Assembly (NCBI GenBank): GCA_028534125.1
Contig: CM052816.1
Location: forward strand, 63,490,001 to 63,553,740
Origin: Lama glama
Lineage: Eukaryota
Length of the DNA: 63,740 bases
Direction: 5' to 3'
The notes under the pieces were generated by a model. It was not told the origin of the DNA. It saw nothing but the letters and a program-made list of their open reading frames with translations, and ran no database searches. The position numbers were made by a program, and so were the translations under genes. This document shows positions 56,401 to 63,740 of this stretch, in pieces. Within the stretch, counting starts at the first letter, position 1; each line of letters begins with the position of its first letter.

Positions 56401-59400
56401 CAATAGGAGCACCTAAATATATAAAACAAATACTAACACATATAAAGGGAGAAACTGATGGGAATACAATAATAGTAGGAGACTAACACCCAACTAACAC
56501 CACTGGACAGATCTTCCAGACAAAAAAATCAATAAGGCAATGGAGATACTAAATGACACAATGGAACAGTTAGACTTAGTTGATATTTCAGGACATCACA
56601 TCCCCCCAAAACAGATATACATTCTTTTCAAGTACACATGGAACATTCTCTAAGACATACCACATACTGATACAAAAGAAGCCTCAACAAATTTAAGAGG
56701 ATAGAAATTATTTCAAGCATCTTTTCTGACCACAAAGGCATGAAACTAGAACTAAATCACAGAAAGAAAAATGAGAAAAAAACTACTGCATGGAGACAAA
56801 ACAATATTGTACTAAAAAAACCAATGGGTCAACAACGAAATGAAAGAAGAAATTAAAAAATACCTCGATACAAATGATGACAAAAACACAACCACACAAA
56901 ATCTATGTGATGCAGCAAAAGCAGTCCTAAGAGGGAAGTTCACTGTAATACAGGCCTTCCTCAAAAAACAAGGACAATCTCATAAAAACAGCCTAACCTA
57001 CTACTACTACCTAAAAGACTTAGAAAAAGAAGAACAAACAAAACCTAAAGTCAGCAGAAGGAAAGAAATAATAAAGATCAAAGAGGAAATCAATAAAACA
57101 GAGATTAAAAAAAAAAGAAAAAAAATCAAAGCAAGACCTGGTTTTTTGAAAGAGCAAACAAAACTGATAAACTTTTGACTAGGCTCACCAAGAGGAAAAG
57201 AGAAGACACAAGTAAGAAATGAAAATGGAGAAATTACAACCAACACAATAGAAATACAAAAAAATCATAAGAGAATACTATGAACAATTATATGGCAACA
57301 AATTGGACAACCTAGAAGAAATGGACAAGTTTCTAGAAATATACAGTCCACCAAAACTGAATCAAGAAATAGATAACTTGAACAGACCATTCACTAGAAG
57401 TAAAATAGAATCAGCAATTAAAAAACAAAACAAAACAAAACAAAAAAGCCTCCCTGTAAACCAAAGTCTAGGACCAGATGGCTTCACTGGGGAATTCTAC
57501 CAGACATACAAAGGAGAACTCATACTGATCCTTCTCAAACTCTTTTAGCAAATAGAATCCAACAACACATAAAAAAGACCATACACTATAAACAAGTTGG
57601 ATTCATTCCAGGGACAAAAGGATGGTTTAACACATGCACATCAATGAATGTGATAAACCACATCAACAAAAGAAAGGACAAAAATCACATGATCATCTCA
57701 ATAGATGCAGAAAAAAATTCTGATAAAATTCAACACCCACTTATGATAAAATCTCTTACCAAAGTGGGTATAGAGGGAACATATCTCTACCATAATATAA
57801 GCTATTTTTTTAAAGCTATTTATGACAAATCCGCAGCCAACATAATGCCATTTGCAGCAACTCAATGGTGAAACTAAAAGCCTTCCTGCTAAAATCTGAA
57901 ACAAGACAAGGAGGCCTACTCTTACCACTTCTATTCAATACAGTATTGGAAGTTCTAACCATAACAATAAGAAAAGAAAAAGAAATAAAAGTGATCCGAA
58001 CTGGAAGAGAAGAGGTAAAACTGTTACTAAATGCAGATGACATAACACTATACAGAGAAAATCCTAAAGGCTCCACACAAAAACTACTAGAGCTGATAAA
58101 AGAATTCGACAAGGTAGCAAGATACAAGATAAACATGTAGAAATCAGTCACATTTCTTTACACTAACAATGAAATGTCAGAAAAGCAAAGTTAAAAAAAA
58201 CAATTTATTCTCAAATCACACTAAAAAACACTCATGAATAGACCTGACCAAGGAGGTGAAAGACTTATACACGGAGAGTTCAAAACACTGATAAAGGAAA
58301 TTGAAGGTGACTTAAAGAAACAGAAAGATACCCTATGCTCCTAGATTGGAAGAATCAGTAGTTAAACTGGACATACTACCCAAAGCAATCTAGATACAAT
58401 GCAATCCCTACCAAATTAACCAGAATATTTTTTCACAGAACTAGAACAAATAATCCTAAAATGTATATGGAATCACAAAAGACCCAGAATTGCCAAAGCA
58501 ATCCTGAGGGAAAAGAACAAACCTGGAGACATAACCCTCCGACTTGAGACAATACTACAGAGCAATAGTAACCAAAAAAGTGTAGTATTGACACAAAAAC
58601 AGACATATGAATCAACAGAACAGAACAGAGAACCCAGAAATAAACCCACAGATTTATGGTCAATTAATCTTCCAACAAAGGAGGCAAAAATATACAATGG
58701 AGAAAAGATAGTCTCTTCAGCAAGTAATGTTGGGAAAGCTGGACAGCTGCATGTAAACCAATTAAGTTAGAACACTCCCTCACACCATACACAAAAATTA
58801 ACTTAAAATGGCTTAAAGACTTAAACATAAGACACTATAGACCTCCTAGAAGAAAACATAGGCAAAACATCCTCTGACATAAATCTTAGCAATGTTCTCT
58901 TCTCCTAGAGCAGTCTACTCAGGAAACAGAAACAAAAGCAAAACAGACAAATGGGACCAAATTAAACTTAACAAGCTTTTGCACAGCAAAGGAAACTATA
59001 AACAAGAAGACAATCTACAGAATGGGAGAAAATATTTGCAAATGACGTGGCTGACAAGGGATTAACTTTCAGTATATACAAACAGCTCGTAAAACTTAGT
59101 AACAAAAAATAAACAACCCAATTCAAACTGTGCAAAAGACCTAAACAAGCAGTTCTCCAATGAAGACATACAAATGGCCGGCAGGCATGTGAAAAGACGC
59201 TCAATCACTAAATATTAAGAGAAATGCAAATTCAAACTACAATAAGGTATCACCCTCACACCAATCAGAATGGTCATCATTAAAAAGTCCACAAACTATA
59301 CTGTTGGTCGGAATATAGTTTAGTGCAGCCATTATGGAAAACAGTACAGAGATCTCCTTTAAAAACTAAAAACAGACTTACCATATGATCCAGCAACCTC

Positions 59401-59559
59401 ACTCCTGGGCATATATCTGGAGGAATGTCTAATTTGAAAAGATGCTCATAGTAGCATTATTTACAACATTCAGGACATGGAAATAACCTAAATGTCCATT
59501 GACAGATGACTGGATAAAGAAGTTGTGGTATATATATCTGGTATACACATGTGTGTGTG

Positions 59560-59605
<46 letters not shown>

Positions 59606-60120
59606 TATAGAATACTAAGCAATGAAAAAGAATAAAATAATGCCATTTGCAGCAACATGGATGGACCTGGAAATTGTCATTTTAAGTGAAGTAAGCCAGA
59701 AAGAGGAAGAAAAATACCATATGATATCACTCATATGTGGAACCTAAAAAAAAGACACAAATGAACTTATTTACAAAACAAACAGACTCACAGACATAGA
59801 AAATAAACTTACAGTTACCAGGGGGAAGGTGGTGGGAAAGGATAAACTGAGAGTTCAAGATTTGTAGATACTACTACATATAAAATAGATAAAACAAATT
59901 CATACTGTATAGTACAAGGAACTATATTCAATACCTTGTAGTAACCTATAATGAAAATAAAAATGAGTATGAAAAGGAATATATGTGTATGTCTGACTGA
60001 AACATTATGCTTTACACCAGAAATTGATATAACGAAAATTGACTACACTTCAATTAAAATAAATAAATAACTATAAAATTAGAAAAAAAAGAAACTAGGT
60101 AAATAAAACTTTAAAAAATA
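56401..60120 (+). mobile_element. 5'-truncated L1 (ORF2 from late endonuclease domain through RT, plus 3' UTR and A tail); inactive, with internal deletions
   Basis: ORFs 56840..57178, 57303..57548, 57644..57871 and 57865..58140 are L1 ORF2 pieces ([11 protein letters not shown] motif); frameshifts and stops; A-rich tail ~60050-60125. Confidence 0.95.
59549..59602. repeat. (TG)n(TA)n(CA)n microsatellite in the L1 3' UTR
   Basis: Read directly from the sequence. Confidence 0.9.
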
Positions 60121-60318
60121 AATAAAATGCAGCTACGAAAAAGAATAAGAGTTATTTATGCATTCAAAGGTTCTCTAAGATGTTGTTACTCCTCAGTGAA
60201 AATAAAATTAAGAAGCACCTGTATGTACAATATATCATCTGTAAGGAAGAGGTATACTATCACACTTATTGCTATCCAAAACAGGTAAACTTAAAAGCGT
60301 ACATTAAAAGCAATGGCA

Positions 60319-60986
60319 GGCGAAGGCAACTGTCAGGAGAGCGTGTCTCGGCCGAGTCAATTCCCTGGACCCTGAAAAGCTATTATAATGCCCCTATGAT
60401 AAAAACCACAAGATCAGGGCTTGCAGGTTTCCTTATTATCTTATCAAGCGCAGAAAGAATCACCCTGATGTCACAAACAAACTGACTACTTGTCCCTTCA
60501 ATGCTCGCCATCAGGTTCCTCGGGCTGAAATAAGTCATCGTATCTCAAGCTGTGATGACAAAAGCTGTATTGAGTAGGATGTAGTCAACCAAACCAAGAA
60601 CCTTGGACAAGAGACTCTGGCTGAGAACACATGGCAGTGCCCTCCTTGTGACGAAGACTGGGATAAAGATTTGTGGGAACAGACCAGCACCCCTTTCGTC
60701 TGGGGCACAACCAACTACTGTGGCAGAAACAGCCCTGCAAGCAACATAGTTATGGAACATAAGAGTAACCTGGCTTCAGGCATGAGTGGTCCCAAGTCTC
60801 TGCCGTACGTTCTGTCATAGAAAAACAATAGAAATACACAGTAACTAAATAGCTCATCAAATGCCAGACCATAGAAGACTCTTGCTTCTTCCTGCTACAG
60901 TGGGTTCATTTTTTTCTCTTAACCTAATTATAGAAAGATAAATTGTCTGTGGCTTTCAAACTGAAAAAAATAAAAAATAAAAAAAT
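60319..60986 (+). pseudogene. GTSF1: Processed pseudogene of GTSF1 (gametocyte-specific factor 1) with poly(A) tail and 13-bp TSD
   Basis: Frame from 60359 reads [76 protein letters not shown]...[25 protein letters not shown]...[16 protein letters not shown]; stops at 60386, 60575 and 60818; native TAA 60842-60844; A tail from 60964; TSD AAAAGCAATGGCA 60306-60318 / AAAAACAATGGCA 60987-60999. Confidence 0.95.
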
Positions 60987-61107
60987 AAAAACAATGGCAT
61001 ACTTTGTTATGTCATACTTTTGATGACTGGAGGATGAACACAAATCAAATTTTTTCAGAATGTCAAAATTTGAAGAGACAGATCAGTGAAAGAGCAGCAC
61101 AGCTAGA

Positions 61108-62020
61108 CATTCATTTAATCATTGGTACAGCAAATAGATAATGTATTAAGTATGTAGAGGCCTTGTGCTAGGCACCGGGGAGATGATGTAGCTCAAGTCT
61201 GACCAGAGATAATTAAATACTAAAAACTCATGAGTGATTTGGCAGAGTAAATAGAGGACTCGGAAAACATAAAGCAGGGGACCCATCATGGTCTAGAAGT
61301 CAAGGAGGGATGAAATGTTTAAGAGACAAAAAGGAGCAAAGCAATTAGAAATGTTAGGTACAAGTCTAAGTTCAGTGTGTCTCAGATAAGTGGCAAGAAA
61401 TGAGACTGGAGAGGGAGGTCAGATTGTTCAGGGTCTACAGTAAAGTTATGTTTTAAGTAGGTGATCAGGGGGTCAAATTTATACATTTGAAAGGTTAGTC
61501 TGAAAGAGTCAACAACCAAAGACAGACCTTAGGAATTTATCAGGAATTTGTTGAGCAGTATAGGCAAGACATAATTGTAGCCTAATCAAAGTTATAGTAG
61601 AGGGATGGAAAAAACTTATGGACTGAAGAGGTACATGAGAATTAAGAGAACATGATGATAGGATATAAGGTTAAGACAAAACACGGAGTCAAGGAAGACA
61701 ACTAGATTTCTGACTGGGGCAATAGGGTGAATGAAAGTGATGAGAAATATTGAAGAAGTAGATTTGGGAAATGGATGACGTTCAATTTTGGACATGCTGA
61801 ATTTGAGGTATTTATGCTATGTTCTAGTGGAGATAATCAGTAATCCATTAGACATACAAACAGTATGTGTCTTCAGCTAGCCTGAGATGAAGAGAAGCAT
61901 TTACTTCGAGAAGTACTGCAGTGTTAGGACAAAGCCTTGAAGGACACCAACATTTAGAGAATGGAGAGAAAAATCTTTTGCAAAGATTAAGAAGAGAAGG
62001 TATGAGGTATAAGAGGAAAA
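61108..62020 (-). mobile_element. L2 3' portion
   Basis: CATTCATTT...TGTGCTAGGCAC (reverse L2 tail), GGAGTCAAGGAAGAC...TTTTGGACATGCTGAATTTGAGG. Confidence 0.7.
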
Positions 62021-62484
62021 TAAGTTTTATTTAGTTTAACTTTAGTTAAGGAATGGCTTTAATTAAACCCAAATGAATATGTATAAGGTTAAAGGCAATG
62101 CACCACTCAATAAAACTACGTCCCAACTTTTAGGGCCATGTTATTGTCCATTCTCAATGTCAGCAATAACTGGAAACAAAATTAGTAAAAATGTAACCCA
62201 CAAATTATCCCAAAACAGTTTCAAACAACAGTTTTATAAAAATAAAGGTCACTGAATCTAATCAGGCCCTCAAAGTCATCAATTATGTCAGCAGACTCCT
62301 AGCAAGTAGCTATAACGTATATTTTCCTGACAGTATAGCTGCTCATCTAATAAGAAGCATTCGTTCAAGTGCTAGCACATGTACTTGTCTAAACTTTTGA
62401 AAAGTCTGTGAGTAAGGAGGGCCTAAACTTAGGTAATGGCAGACAACCTGGAATAAGATAGATTTTTTTCCCCCAAAAGAAATT

Positions 62485-63740
62485 ATACAGGGAAATATCT
62501 CAACATAATAAAAGCTATATATGACAAACCTACAGCCAGCATAGTTCTCAACAGTGAAAAACTCAAAAGCTTCCGACTAAAATCTGGCACAAGACAAGGA
62601 TGCCCACTATCACCACTCCTATTCAACACAGTCTTGGAAGTCCTAGCCACAGCAATCAGGCAAGAGAGAGAAATAAAACAGATTCAAATTGTAAAGGAAG
62701 AGGTAAAAGTGTCACTATATGCTGATGACATGCTACTATATATAGAAAACCCTAAAAGGTCCACACAAAAACTACTAGAGCTGATCGAAGAATTCAGCAA
62801 GGTAGCAGGTTACAAGATTAACATTCAAAAATCAGTTGCATTTCTTTACACTAACGATGAATTAACAGAAAAAGAAAGTAAAGAAACAATGCCCTTTAAA
62901 ATAGCACCCAAAGTAATAAAATACCTAGGAGTAAATCTAACCAAGGAGGTGGAAAGACTTATATATGGAAAACTACAAAACACTGATTAAGGAAATTAAA
63001 GAAGACTTAAAAAAATGGAAAGATATCCCATGCTCCTGGATTGGAAGAATCAGTATTGTTAAGATGATCACACTGCCCAAGGCAATCTACAGATTTAATG
63101 CAATCCCTATCAAATTACCCAGGACACATTTCACAGAACTAGAACAAATTATAATAAAATTTATATGGAACCACAGAAGACCTATAATTGCCAAAGCATT
63201 ACTGAAGAAAAAGAAAGAGACTGGAGGAATAACTCTCCCAGACTTCAGCAACAGAGCTACAGTCATCAAGACAGCATGGTATTGGTACAAAAACAGACAT
63301 ATAGACCAATGGAACAGAGTCCAGAAATGAACCCACAAACTTTTGGGGTTTTGGACCTTTGACAAAGGAGGCAAGAATATACAATGGAATAAAGACAGTC
63401 TCTTCAGCAAATGGTGTTGGGAAAACTGGACAGCAGCATGTAAAGCAATGAAGCTAGAACACTCCCTTATACCACATACAAAAATAAACTCAAAATGGAT
63501 CAAAGACTTAAACACAAGACAAGATACAATAAACCTCCTAGAGGAAAATATAGGCAAAACATTATCTCACATACATCTCAAAAATGTTCTCCTAGGACAG
63601 TCTACTGAAGCAATAGAAATAAAAGCAAGAATAAACAAATGGGACCTAATGAAACTTACAAGCTTCTGCACAGCAAAGGAAACCATAAGTAAAACAAAAC
63701 GACAACCCACGGAATGGGAGAAATTTTTGCAAATGAAACC
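62485..63740 (+). mobile_element. Younger 5'-truncated L1 (ORF2 RT region), frameshifted, runs off the window
   Basis: ORFs 62634..62990 ([12 protein letters not shown] motif) and 62965..63330 ([13 protein letters not shown]...) in different frames. Confidence 0.95.

Noticed and set aside
60180..60485. 101-aa + strand ORF spanning the GTSF1 retrocopy junction (possible chimeric gene)
   Set aside because: It reads the GTSF1 sequence out of frame, starts in a decayed repeat remnant, and has no recognisable domain or promoter evidence.
56840..63557. Many ORFs on both strands, including RT-like ones
   Set aside because: Fragments of broken L1 ORF2 and their antisense shadows; not a domesticated or novel reverse-transcriptase system.

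Overview
AT-rich mammalian genomic DNA. The tRNA-derived Vic-1-like SINEs and the L1 3' ends suggest a camelid (inference). Two genes lie tail-to-tail. DIMT1 (18S rRNA dimethyladenosine transferase) is on + with its last 9 coding exons at 1016-7068. KIF2A (kinesin-13) is on - with coding exons 2-21 running from 37302 down to the stop at 10682; exon 1 lies beyond the window, so 37303-63740 is intron 1. I traced all 29 exons by hand: all have GT/AG boundaries and the reading frames stay continuous. Exon numbers follow the human gene models as I recall them. KIF2A intron 1 holds two processed pseudogenes, both antisense to KIF2A. One is an old full-length YBX1 retrocopy (~40619-41890). The other is a younger GTSF1 retrocopy with target-site duplication (TSD) and poly(A) (60319-60986), apparently copied from a transcript that skipped the start-codon exon; it is invisible in the ORF track. 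Other notable items: a near-perfect 70-nt hairpin upstream of the P-loop exon, a locally templated 100-bp SINE+flank duplication, SINE insertions with extra sequence inside their TSDs, RBFOX/NOVA motifs downstream of the KIF2A cassette exon, and candidate unannotated in-frame exons. I see no convincing new multi-gene system. Most of the listed short ORFs are chance ORFs or repeat-derived.
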